Source: the human T2T-CHM13v2.0 reference genome, Homo sapiens. Taken from it: a DNA stretch of 64,000 bases. Position numbers and translations under genes: made by a program. The stretch lies in the NCBI RefSeq assembly GCF_009914755.1, contig NC_060944.1; one strand, written 5' to 3'. The notes beneath the pieces are model-generated. The model was not told where the DNA came from. It saw nothing but the letters and a program-made list of their open reading frames with translations, and searched no databases. Position 1 is the stretch's first letter; each line of letters begins with the position of its first letter. Positions 1 to 10,882 of the stretch are shown here, piece by piece.

Positions 1-102
1 ATGTGCCTGGAGGGCCTGGTGGGTGCAAAAAGAGTATTTAGGTATCCCCCCAACACTTCCTGGGTGGGCGGGCTCTGTAAGTGTTTTCCCTGTTTGGCCC
101 AG

Positions 103-327
103 AGATTGGCACAGAACGTGCTTGCTACCGGGACATGTCATCCTTCCCGGAAACCAAGGCTGAGAAATACGTGAACAAGGCCAAAGGCAAGAAGTTCCTT
201 CAGTACAATCGACTGCAGCTCTCCCGCATCTACCCCAAGGGCCAGCGACTGGATTCCTCCAACTACGATCCTTTGCCCATGTGGATCTGTGGCAGTCAGC
301 TTGTGGCCCTCAACTTCCAGACCCCTG
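103..327 (+). CDS. PLCG1: PLCG1 coding exon (catalytic Y-box: [14 protein letters not shown]...ALNFQTP)
   Basis: Translation matches phospholipase C gamma-1; AG at 101-102, GT at 328-329. Confidence 0.97.
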
Positions 328-410
328 GTGAGGAAGTCCCCTGTGAGGAGGGTGAGGAGGGGCACTGTGGGGCAGCTGGACTGGAATACACCATAATCTG
401 CCTCTTCCAG

Positions 411-559
411 ACAAGCCTATGCAGATGAACCAGGCCCTCTTCATGACGGGCAGGCACTGTGGCTACGTGCTGCAGCCAAGCACCATGCGGGATGAGGCCT
501 TCGACCCCTTTGACAAGAGCAGCCTCCGCGGGCTGGAGCCATGTGCCATCTCTATTGAG
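411..559 (+). CDS. PLCG1: PLCG1 coding exon (end of Y-box: [11 protein letters not shown]...CAISIE)
   Basis: cttccag| acceptor, GAG|gtgggt donor; phase consistent with neighbouring exons. Confidence 0.97.
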
Positions 560-1101
560 GTGGGTGCTGCTCATCTGGGCTTCAGGGTAGGAAAGGGGCT
601 GCTTGCCGTTGGAGTCTGTTTATGTTGAGTTCTCCAAAAGTAGGTATTTTCAGGCATCAAGGTGGTCAGGGTGGGTGGGGCCTGAGCTGAGTCTTTGAAG
701 GGGTGAAGATAGCATGCAGTCACTGTATGCATCTAGGACGTGCAGAGCCATGGTGTGACTTGTTCTGATGACTTGTTTTGTTCTGATGAGATCTTTTTTT
801 TCCCTAAGGGGAGGTCATTTAAAAGATTTCTGTGTTAAAATAGTAATGGATTTAACATGAAGTAGATTGCAAAACTCACATGGAAATTTTGGCTAAAGCT
901 CAGACTTCAGATAAACTACAGGCAGCAGCTGCTCTGGACAGCTTAGGGTCCCTGATGTCGTGAGGGACTCCATGGGCAGTGTCCCGGGGGCCCAGCAGAG
1001 GGCGCGCTGCCTCCACTCCACAGATGCTGACTGAGCCTCCGCAGTGGGGAATTGGAGGGAGCAGGAAGGACAATCCCAGGCCCTTCTTTGTCTGCCTACA
1101 G

Positions 1102-1216
1102 GTGCTGGGGGCCCGACATCTGCCAAAGAATGGCCGAGGCATTGTGTGTCCTTTTGTGGAGATTGAGGTGGCTGGAGCTGAGTATGACAGCACCAAGCAG
1201 AAGACAGAGTTTGTGG
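1102..1216 (+). CDS. PLCG1: PLCG1 coding exon (C2 domain: [13 protein letters not shown]...KTEFV)
   Basis: cctacag| acceptor, G|gtcagt donor. Confidence 0.97.
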
Positions 1217-1333
1217 GTCAGTCTGTCTTCCCAGTCATCCTCCTCATCCTGCTGGGGCACTGCAAGCCTCTCCCCACCAGTCATCCCATCCTCTCCCACG
1301 GTGACCTGAAGCCTTTTGTCGTTGCCTTCACAG

Positions 1334-1495
1334 TGGACAATGGACTCAACCCTGTATGGCCAGCCAAGCCCTTCCACTTCCAGATCAGTAACCCTGAATT
1401 TGCCTTTCTGCGCTTCGTGGTGTATGAGGAAGACATGTTTAGTGACCAGAATTTCCTGGCTCAGGCTACTTTCCCAGTAAAAGGCCTGAAGACAG
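1334..1495 (+). CDS. PLCG1: PLCG1 coding exon (C2 domain: VDNGLNPVW...VYEEDM...GLKT)
   Basis: ttcacag| acceptor, CAG|gtgagg donor. Confidence 0.97.
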
Positions 1496-1604
1496 GTGAG
1501 GACCATTCCTGGAGGCAGTGCCCCTGCAATCTTGCTGGCAGGGTGGGGCTGGGCCCCTTGCTCTGTCCCTCGTGGGCTGAGGGCCAGGCTTTTCCTCCTC
1601 CTAG

Positions 1605-1693
1605 GATACAGAGCAGTGCCTTTGAAGAACAACTACAGTGAGGACCTGGAGTTGGCCTCCCTGCTGATCAAGATTGACATTTTCCCTGCCAAG
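1605..1693 (+). CDS. PLCG1: PLCG1 coding exon ([30 protein letters not shown])
   Basis: cctcctag| acceptor, AAG|gtatct donor. Confidence 0.97.
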
Positions 1694-1805
1694 GTATCTG
1701 CAGCAGGGGTGGGCTGGCCTGGGGTAGGTGGGAGGAGAGCCAGGCAGCAGCCTCTAGAAGTGCAGAGGAGTCATTGACCCTCTTGTGCACCTGGCTTCGT
1801 TGAAG

Positions 1806-1993
1806 CAGGAGAATGGTGACCTCAGTCCCTTCAGTGGTACGTCCCTGCGGGAGCGGGGCTCAGATGCCTCAGGCCAGCTGTTTCATGGCCGAGCCCGGGA
1901 AGGCTCCTTTGAATCCCGCTACCAGCAGCCGTTTGAGGACTTCCGCATCTCCCAGGAGCATCTCGCAGACCATTTTGACAGTCGAGAACGAAG
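1806..1993 (+). CDS. PLCG1: PLCG1 penultimate exon ((Q)ENGDLSPF...SRYQQPF...DSRERR); NAGNAG acceptor at 1806/1809
   Basis: tgaag-cag-GAG tandem acceptor; AAG|gtgagg donor, phase 2. Confidence 0.96.
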
Positions 1994-2148
1994 GTGAGGA
2001 AGATGGAGGGGTGCTAGAGCCAGGAAGGCAGTGGCTAGGTCCTCCTTCTTCAGTGTTTCTTTCTCCTGGGTAGAAAAGTTGTAATATTGTCTGGCATTGG
2101 GCTGCAAGGCCCTGCCTGCCAGTAAGGACACTCTTCCCTTCTGTCCAG

Positions 2149-2191
2149 GGCCCCAAGAAGGACTCGGGTCAATGGAGACAACCGCCTCTAG
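2149..2191 (+). CDS. PLCG1: PLCG1 terminal coding exon (APRRTRVNGDNRL*)
   Basis: ctgtccag| acceptor; TAG at 2189-2191 ends the known C-terminus. Confidence 0.97.
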
Positions 2192-2824
2192 TTGTACCCC
2201 AGCCTCGTTGGAGAGCAGCAGGTGCTGTGCGCCTTGTAGAATGCCGCGAACTGGGTTCTTTGGAAGCAGCCCCCTGTGGCGGCCTTCCGGGTCTCGCAGC
2301 CTGAAGCCTGGATTCCAGCAGTGAATGCTAGACAGAAACCAAGCCATTAATGAGATGTTATTACTGTTTTGGGCCTCCATGCCCCAGCTCTGGATGAAGG
2401 CAAAAACTGTACTGTGTTTCGCATTAAGCACACACATCTGGCCCTGACTTCTGGAGATGGATCCTTCCATCTTGTGGGGCCAGGACCATGGCCGAAGCCC
2501 CTTGGAGAGAGAGGCTGCCTCAGCCAGTGGCACAGGAGACTCCAAGGAGCTACTGACATTCCTAAGAGTGGAGGAGGAGGAGGAGCCTTGCTGGGCCAGG
2601 GAAACAAAGTTTACATTGTCCTGTAGCTTTAAAACCACAGCTGGGCAGGGTGAGAAGCTAGATGCCCCTGCAGTTTGGCCCTGGAGCCAGGGCAGAGGAA
2701 TGTAGGGCCTGCATGGAGAAGGGTTCTGCCCTGCCTGAGGAGGAGGACACAGCACAAGGGCACATTGCCCATGGCTGGGAACATGACCCAGCCTGAAAGA
2801 TACAGGGGATCATGTTAAAAATAG

Positions 2825-2832
2825 CAGTATTA
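2825..2832 (+). promoter_or_regulatory. miR-200b/c/429 8mer seed site CAGTATTA in PLCG1 3' UTR
   Basis: Exact 8mer match; PLCG1 is an established miR-200bc/429 target. Confidence 0.7.
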
Positions 2833-3377
2833 TTTTTCGTCTCAATGGTATTGTAACTAAGTTATTTACTCCTCCTGCTCCTCACCCCTGTAGGGAAACC
2901 TTGGAGAGGAGAGTGGCAGGTGGGCTGCCTGCTGTGTTAAGAGGACTTAGTTTGTGATGTAAGGCACTGTCAGGAATGGGGGGCGGGCCAGGGTGGGAAG
3001 AGAAGAAATAGCAGAGCCTATTTTGGTGAGGTTTTTTGTTTTTAAGTCAAAGAAGACTCAGTATGCTTTCCCTGAGGAATGAAAAAGGGATTGAGGAGTT
3101 GCCTGACTCCTGGGTGGGTGGGGTACAGGCAGTTAGGTGCTGAATGAAGCTGCCATCCTTGCTGCAGCTTCTAACTGGTAAAAAGATCCAGGGATGGAGA
3201 TGGGAAGGTTAGAAAGGCAGCCCTCACCTCTGAGGACAGAGGCCGGGGTCCAGGCCCGTGGGCGCAAAGGTGCCTCATAGCATAGCCAGCATTCAGCACA
3301 CACAAACCTACTGCCCACATTTGGGCTCAGGGTTGGCCATTTGCTAGTTCTGCTGCCCTCTTAAGATCTGACTGCCA

Positions 3378-3383
3378 AATAAA
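3378..3383 (+). terminator. PLCG1 proximal polyadenylation signal AATAAA
   Basis: Canonical hexamer followed by tgtcctttttcctttgacttgt. Confidence 0.85.
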
Positions 3384-5293
3384 TCATCCTCATGTCCTTT
3401 TTCCTTTGACTTGTATGCTCTTTCGGGGGCTCAGGAAAGCCTGTTGCATGGGACATGCTCACTAGAAACAGTCGCCAGATGATTATTCTGCAGTAGAAGC
3501 AGGTAGGAAATTTCTGGAAATTTCTCAGGTTAAGCAGCAAGAGCTGTAACCCCTCCTCTGGGCTAACAGGAGTTGTGGGTCCACTCTCTCCTGCCCACCC
3601 TCTGAGGGTGTGTCTGAGCAGAGTACATCCTGCCTGGGTTCTTTGTGGCCAGCCAGTTTTGGTGGTGAGCTGGAAACAACCAGAGCCCCTTTCCAGTTCC
3701 ACAGAAACCTCTCCTTTCAAAAATGTTGCATTCAGTTCGTTAACACTGCCAGGTGCCATTCTGATTGCCTCTAGGACTTGGCAGCTGAAATCTCTGGGCC
3801 CTTTCAACACAGTTGAAAGGCCCTTCTCTTCCTGAAGCTCTGTTTCCATAGTTGGCTGTGCTGGGATGGAACAAAAATGACGCCACACAAAAAATTTAAG
3901 ATAGATCCGGTTCCGTGGATGACATGAACTGATGATAGCCAGTATCAAACAGCGATAGTGCTCAGGTTCTTGTGTGACTTTCTTTTACAGCTTCACAGTC
4001 CCAGTTCATAGAGAGGAGGGTGGCTTTTTCCCATACACAAGAAGGTGGTGGGTGGGAATTCACCTGGGCCCTCATGATCCATGTTTCCTCTCTAGGTTTT
4101 TATGGCCTGGAGAGAAAGGTTTCCTATCAGAGAAGGAAGAGGACTGTGTAGGCCCTTCTGTTAGGGCCCATCCACGTTGGTTAGGACGTCCTTGGCGTGT
4201 TTGTTAGTGTTGACCCTTTTAGTTTTCATCAATACGTATCTCTATTTGCTGAACAAGTGTCTTTCTGGAACACAACCTGGGGAACAGACAGCTCTGCCTT
4301 TCTTAAGGCAGCTTTGTAGACCTGAGGCTCACCTCTCTTGGGCTCTGTAAGACATTGCCTTTGCCTCACTGCAAATGTTTTGATTGATTGTTCTTCCTAG
4401 TGGAAAACGTGCCAACTCTCAAGCAAATTTAAAGATCATTTTCACTTCAAGATTCCTCCAGACCTGACAAATGTTGATTGACCCAGAAGGCAGAGTGTTT
4501 GTTGGTGGGGAAGACCCTTACTTGGGGCCGAATGCTTTGGCATCAGGAGTTGTTTGCCCCATCCCATGCATGCAGGCCGTGTCCCTACAGTGCGACAGCT
4601 CAGGGTTATGACCTGTGGAGTCTCAACCCTAACAGCACATTAGCACCACTTGGGGAGCTTCTGAAAAATACTGGTACCCGGGGCCTTAGCATAGGTATTG
4701 TTCAAAACCTCTCAAGGTGATTTAAATGAGTAACAAGGGTTGAAAAACCCTGATTTTGGCAGCACAAACCAAAAGAGCAGGCAGGGCCGGGAGAGGGAAG
4801 TCAGTGGTACCAGAAGGTAGATGGGCTCCCTTGCAGGCTCCTTGTTCTCCTGCCATCACCAGTAGAACCTTCTGGCTGACAGACCAGGGACAAGTAGACT
4901 GGGTTCAAAGTGACAGACCTTTCACTTTCAACAGCTTTGGCTCAGCAGACATGTACACATACAAAGTAGAGCCTACAAGGTCAGGGGCATTCTGCCCCCG
5001 CCACAGGACTAAAGACTGCCCTGCGGGAAGATGGCAGGAGCAGTTTCTGACCTCAGTTGAGTATCTGTGGCCATGAGCAGAAAAGGCAGGGGTCTGCCTC
5101 CTGACCAAGCACATCTTGAACATCACCTGAGAGCTTGAACATCACTAAGGACCTAGACACTCACTTGTCTTTCAACTTGAGCCCATCACTCACCATGTGA
5201 GTTCTGTTGAGGGTGGGTAGAAAGCAAATAGGTTCAGGTTATCCCACCAGACTAACTCGGTGAATGAAAGGATCATGCCTTCTTCACATTTTA

Positions 5294-5299
5294 ATTAAA
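5294..5299 (+). terminator. Candidate distal PLCG1 polyadenylation signal ATTAAA
   Basis: Variant hexamer with U-rich upstream and tgtcttctctg downstream. Confidence 0.5.
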
Positions 5300-6152
5300 T
5301 GGATCAAGCACAGTCTCAGACTGCAACTCCTGTCTTCTCTGGGTACTTTAGTAATTCCCAGGGGACTTGTGCTTAGGGGTTAATCTAGGCATTCTGTTCC
5401 CTGCCTGGAGGAACCCCACAGCAACCCCCCTGGCTGGCCGCTCCTGCGAATTCCACCCATAGTATCCCAAGTGAGTCACTGCCTGAGTCTACCCACTACA
5501 GCATTCAGCTGATTGGCTTTGCCAGTTGCATGCCAGTTTGGTCTAGTTTCCAAGGACCTGGTTTTTGGGATTCAACACACACAGCTGCTTCCCCATGACA
5601 TAAGCTGGACTCCTATTCTGGTGTCCAGAATCACTGCCTGGCTCCACTGTAGGTGATTTCATTTCAAAGGACCCTTTTTCCTTCTGTCCCAGGCCTTCAG
5701 GGCCACCCCAACAAAATTCAAATGCTTTGGGTCTTAGAAGCTGGGGCTTTAGTCTTTTTCCTCCAGAAAGCCCCTGGGTCCTTATGCATATTCCCTAACC
5801 CCCGACACCGCCCCAGCAAATGACAGGCTATGCTTTTCAGCACTCTCACAGGAAACAGAAAAGAACTTGCCAGTGTCCTCTCACCAGATGATACCAGGTT
5901 TGACTGTTTGCCTTTGTCTATTTAGCATAATTTCTAAAATATCATAGTTTTCTCATGTAGAAGCCAGTGTGGTGATCTCAGCAATGCAGAAGACAGTGAG
6001 TTGGAACTTCTCTGGTGAGCTGAGGGAAACTGCCCCACTCATCCACTGGAGTTTAAGATCCACAGAAGTGGGCAAGAACAAGTGAAATGTTTTTGGCTTT
6101 TTTCCTGACTCCCCCACAAAATAAGTCAGCAGATGTGAAATATATTTATGTT

Positions 6153-6158
6153 TTTATT
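6153..6158 (-). terminator. ZHX3 distal polyadenylation signal (AATAAA on - strand)
   Basis: TTTATT on + strand; a TGTA motif lies upstream on the - strand (tgtaca 6207-6212). Confidence 0.8.
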
Positions 6159-7316
6159 TAGGAATAATCAAAAGGTTTGAAGTACCATTGAGGCCCATTT
6201 CAAATTGTACAAGCAATTTGTCCGTGTTCCCCTCCCTTATCCAAATCCACAGATACAAAATCTAGGAAATGTGCAATTTGCATCTTAGAAATAGCAGCAT
6301 CCCCACAGGGGACCTCGTGAGGCCTGGAGATTCAGCCCCAAGAGGGCAACCCCACTCCTGCCTCAGCACGACCACAGTCCAAACCGAAGTTAAGTTCCAT
6401 TTTTTTGTTAAAACGTTTACCCAGGGTAAAGAATTCCCATTCTACCCAAGGCTTAAGTGATAGAGTATGCTGTTTTCTCGGTTTGGTCTCTCACACCTGG
6501 CCATGGCAGGAGATGGGACCCTCTTGCAGAGTTTGGCTAAAGTTTCATTGTGCCTCAAAACAAACAAAAACAGGGCAGTTGCCTCTTACTTGTTTAGCAC
6601 CAAGATGATCACCTTTTCAGCCATCTCTCCTGACAGCAGACTGCTCAACAGTCACTCCCCAGTCTTATTGCCCAGAAGTCCGGCCACAGGGAACAAGGCT
6701 TTGTGCTGAAGACCAAAATGCAAATGGGTGCTAGAAAACCAGGAATCAAGACCTTGTCAGGAGGCATCTACAGGCCTTTGGCAACCTCCCTGACTTCCAC
6801 AAAGGCTGCCCTCAGTAAAACTCAATGAACAATGGCCAGCAGGGGAGAAAGGAAGGTGGGCGTGTTTTCTCTTTAATAACAATTATGGCACAATCTGACC
6901 CTCCTAACACTTCTGAACAAAGCAACTGCTCAGAAGCACAGCGGGAACCCTCTACACAGGGGTGACTGCTTCTCCCCTGGCCCCGACCCAGTCTAACCGA
7001 GAACAACCGGATTGCTGTGCTGGGTCCCTGCTGAGGAGTAGGGACTGGCGCTCCTCACTCCTGCTGACAATCTCATGTGGGGCTCTGGCCCTGTTCCAAG
7101 CAAACTGCAAGAACGAGACCAAACAGTATGGGCAGGAACCAGGGATGAGTGACAAGATCTCCCTAAACAAATTACAGGATTCATAGGTACCATGTAGATT
7201 TTTCTTTTAAATGTATTTCTACTCAGGTTTGATTCTTGGGAAAGACCAAGCACTTGTAGCTCTCTATTCAGTGACTAAACAACCTGACATTTCACTTTTA
7301 ACTCCAGTCACATTAA

Positions 7317-7615
<299 letters not shown>

Positions 7616-10600
7616 AAGTCACGTTAATTTTGAATCATCCACTTACGGAAAGGAACAGAAGTTAAAAAGCATTAACCAAGAAAAACTATTCATTAACACA
7701 TACAGGTGCTCATGTGTGTGTGTGCACGCGCACATGAACACACGTTTCAAGCCAGTCTCCTGAAGGAAGAGGCACTAATGGCAGGTAAATGCTCAGGCTC
7801 CTCTCAGTACCCTGGGGCTCACCGCCTATCCAAGTGGACAGCAGGGAAGGTGCCTAGAGTCCCCACCAGAGCGGCTGCCTTCCTCCCTTCGCTCAGCTGC
7901 CAGAGCAGCCACGAAAGCCAAATTCTCAGGGCTGTGGAAGCTTTGGACCAGCAACAACAAGCTAGTACCTATATGTTCTTTATCATCCTCAAAGTCCTGC
8001 GAACCCAAAGATAGAACTTTCAGAAATTGAGGAAGGGGGTGCTTTCCCCTGTCCTTGTCCATATGGTAACCAGGGTCTGCCTAGTCTCATCCCCAGCCTC
8101 TGGGTTCCCTCCCCTGCTCTAGACTTCAGGGCAGTTAGAATGGATGACTCTGCTGGATCTAGAGCTAAATAGAAACTTCTTTGCCATAGAAACTTCTCTG
8201 TTGAAGGACTGCGTCCCCATTCAAAGAGGTCAGATTTGTGGGCAGGCAAGAGCTCAGGAATGAAGAACCAAAAAGGAGGCTCTCAACCCCTCTCCAAGGC
8301 CAGACGCTCTCTGTACTCCCATTAACTTCACAACCAAGTGCAGACGCTCGGTGAGTTCAGAGACCACTTGGTTAGCCCTGCCCCACCCCTCCTGGTGTGA
8401 CCTGGCACTGGGAACACACAGATTGCAGCAGAAACCTGTTGGTTCCATTTGCACTCAGAGCAAACCAAGCAGCACCTTGATTGCCACTTTTCCTCCAGCC
8501 ACTCTGTCAAAATCAAAACTGGTTGCCTCACCAGCCCTGGTGTGGCATGGCCCAACCATGTCCCTGCCGCCCCACTTAAATGGCCAGAGAAAACTACATG
8601 GTGGGTAGATGAGGTTGAAGCCTTGCTTGGGGAAGGGACTTGAGCACAGGAGAAAGGCTTGAGCTCCACAACTGCCCATTTGCTCAGACAATGGAGCTTT
8701 TCTGAGATCAAGTGCTCCCCAAACTACATGGGAGTAGCCCCCCGTGGTCTGGGCAGGCTGGCTGAGAGAGGTCTGTGCTCTCAGGTAAAAGGAGAGAAGG
8801 AAGCTGGGTCAAGAGACCCTGAAGAGGAGGGTCCGTGTCTGGAGTGAGGGGAACTGAGCCCTGCTGGCTGCCTGACCTGGGTGGGCTGCTGGCTTTGCCC
8901 TGGAAGACTTGACTATGTGGGCCTTCATGTGTCTAGAGGATTTTTCTTCTCCAGCATATAACTACCTTGAGAATGGATGTGATATGTGAAAATTTAAATT
9001 TAATACAAAAGCACATCTGCAAATGGTGAGTCAAACTGGTGAAATCTCCCAGGTAAACTCTGAGCAAGAAAAAAGAGAAGATGACTTTAGGAAAATCCTA
9101 AACGAGGTTTGGTTTTAAAATTTTCTTCTTGGCTGGCTCTCCTCTCCTGCAAGTTGCCTTTATCCACTTGGGGTGTGATATCTGAACTGAAAAAGCTGCA
9201 CCAATCTGAGGATATTGGTCCAAAAAGAGACAAGAGACCACGAGGCTCAAGCAGAGAGCATCCACACAGCATCCAACCAGAAAGGCCAGTGTCCTTCCTC
9301 CATGAAAGGCAGCCAGGGACAGATGTCCCAGAGCCAGGAGAGAGAGGGAGAGAACACAGGACCTGCCCCTAGGCCACTGACTGAGCAGGATAAAACCCAC
9401 AAGGGCACATCTCAGGCTACGGAATAGAGAGATTTCCTGGTGGGACGGCCTCCCAAGGCTAGCTGGAGATGAGACCACTAGTACATGTGTGAGCCCGCAA
9501 GGCACTACCCAATGTTCTGTCCAACTTCCTCCTTGTGCTACTAGAGAGCACAGTGTGGAGTCCTTGTGTCAAGGTGCTTTGGTCCACCTGAACAGCCACC
9601 TGTCACTCAGCCAAGAGAAAGGAGCTTTAAGTTGTACAATCACTACCAAACCCCAAGGCCCTGGCAAGCCATCCAACTAGGGCGTTCTTTTTCAGGAACC
9701 CAAGATTCTCAAAAATGACACTCCTCCCCTCCCAAAATAAAAAAGCTCCTTTATAGTCAAAAACGAAAACAAGTAATCAAAATATACAAAGCATATGTAT
9801 CAAATTTAAATTTCCTTTATCAGAATGATCATCTGGTTTCACCTTTGAGAACTCGATCTACAACCCCATGTAAAAAACAAATGGGTACAAGACATCAGCA
9901 ACAAAAAAACACTAAAAGATGATTTTACTATCTCTGACGAGTCCAACTGCATACAGAGAAAAGGGATAAGATTAGCCACTTTTTATAGGCTTTTTCTTCA
10001 GGAGAGACTAACCTCACCCAACTCTCAACTCTGCAGCCCACAAATGCCTTCTACTGAAGGCAACAACACAATTTAACCCTTAGGCAGTGTGCAAAACCAC
10101 AGTGAGCTGTCCTGTGACAGGGCTACATACCTGGCTGCTGCCATCCCACATCCCCCACTGCCACTGGGCTAGTGTGGGTGTGTCTCTGTGCACGACTGGC
10201 TGGATTCAGGGTTTTGCCCCCAAACCCTTGAGTACCTCCTACAATGTCCCTTTAAGCACCTGCGTGATGACTGCCTCCCTCATCGCTTTTGATCATCTTT
10301 CAAGGATAAGGTCCAGACCATACTCACTCACTCTCATCCAACAGCAGAGGAAGAAGGATCTGTCCAGACTGCTGGGCTCCTTACATGGGCATTCTTGCCT
10401 TTTGTAGTGTAGCCCTGGCTGTTGGGCAGGGCTAACATCTATAAGAAAAACATACCAGGGCAGGCAGCACTGTACTTTTCCACCTGAAAGATGAGCTAGT
10501 GCCCATGGCTGGGTCACTGTAGGTCCTGCATGAACTTGTCCACCAACTGTGTTTTGCTGTTTGGGTTGTAAATTAACCGTGAATACAAGTAACCAAGAAA

Positions 10601-10853
10601 ATCCTCTCCACAGACCAACTCTTCAGCCAGTGCATGCAGGGCTCTGGAGGTGATGCCAGCAGGATCTGGAGGTGAGGCACTGGGTGGTTTCTCAGACACC
10701 CGGAGATGGCTTCAGCCTGGGCCGCCCCAGCTGCCTAGTGCACTGGTGTCCCTCCAACACAGGCTACTCCCCCAACACCCATGTGCCACCAAGTTTCTCA
10801 ACTGCACACGCCAGATGCGCGTTTTACGAGAATCAAATGAGTATTTATACTGT

Positions 10854-10882
10854 ATATGTGTGTGTGTATATATATATATATA
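10854..10882. repeat. (TG)n(TA)n microsatellite
   Basis: atatgtgtgtgtgtatatatatatatata. Confidence 0.8.

Larger units (their letters stand above)
2192..3400 (+). other. PLCG1: PLCG1 3' UTR (proximal form)
   Basis: Runs from stop codon to AATAAA at 3378 with a U/GU-rich downstream element; cleavage site approximate. Confidence 0.85.

Noticed and set aside
760-790. Repeated ttgttctgatga resembling snoRNA C/D boxes
   Set aside because: Short local duplication; no C-to-D spacing or terminal stem
979-1641. 220-aa ORF as a standalone gene
   Set aside because: Two PLCG1 exons read through stop-free intronic sequence
1919-2755. 278-aa ORF on the - strand
   Set aside because: Antisense to PLCG1 exons and 3' UTR in GC-rich sequence; no recognisable domain
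3361-3948. 195-aa ORF on the - strand between the genes
   Set aside because: No homology recognised, and no splice or promoter context
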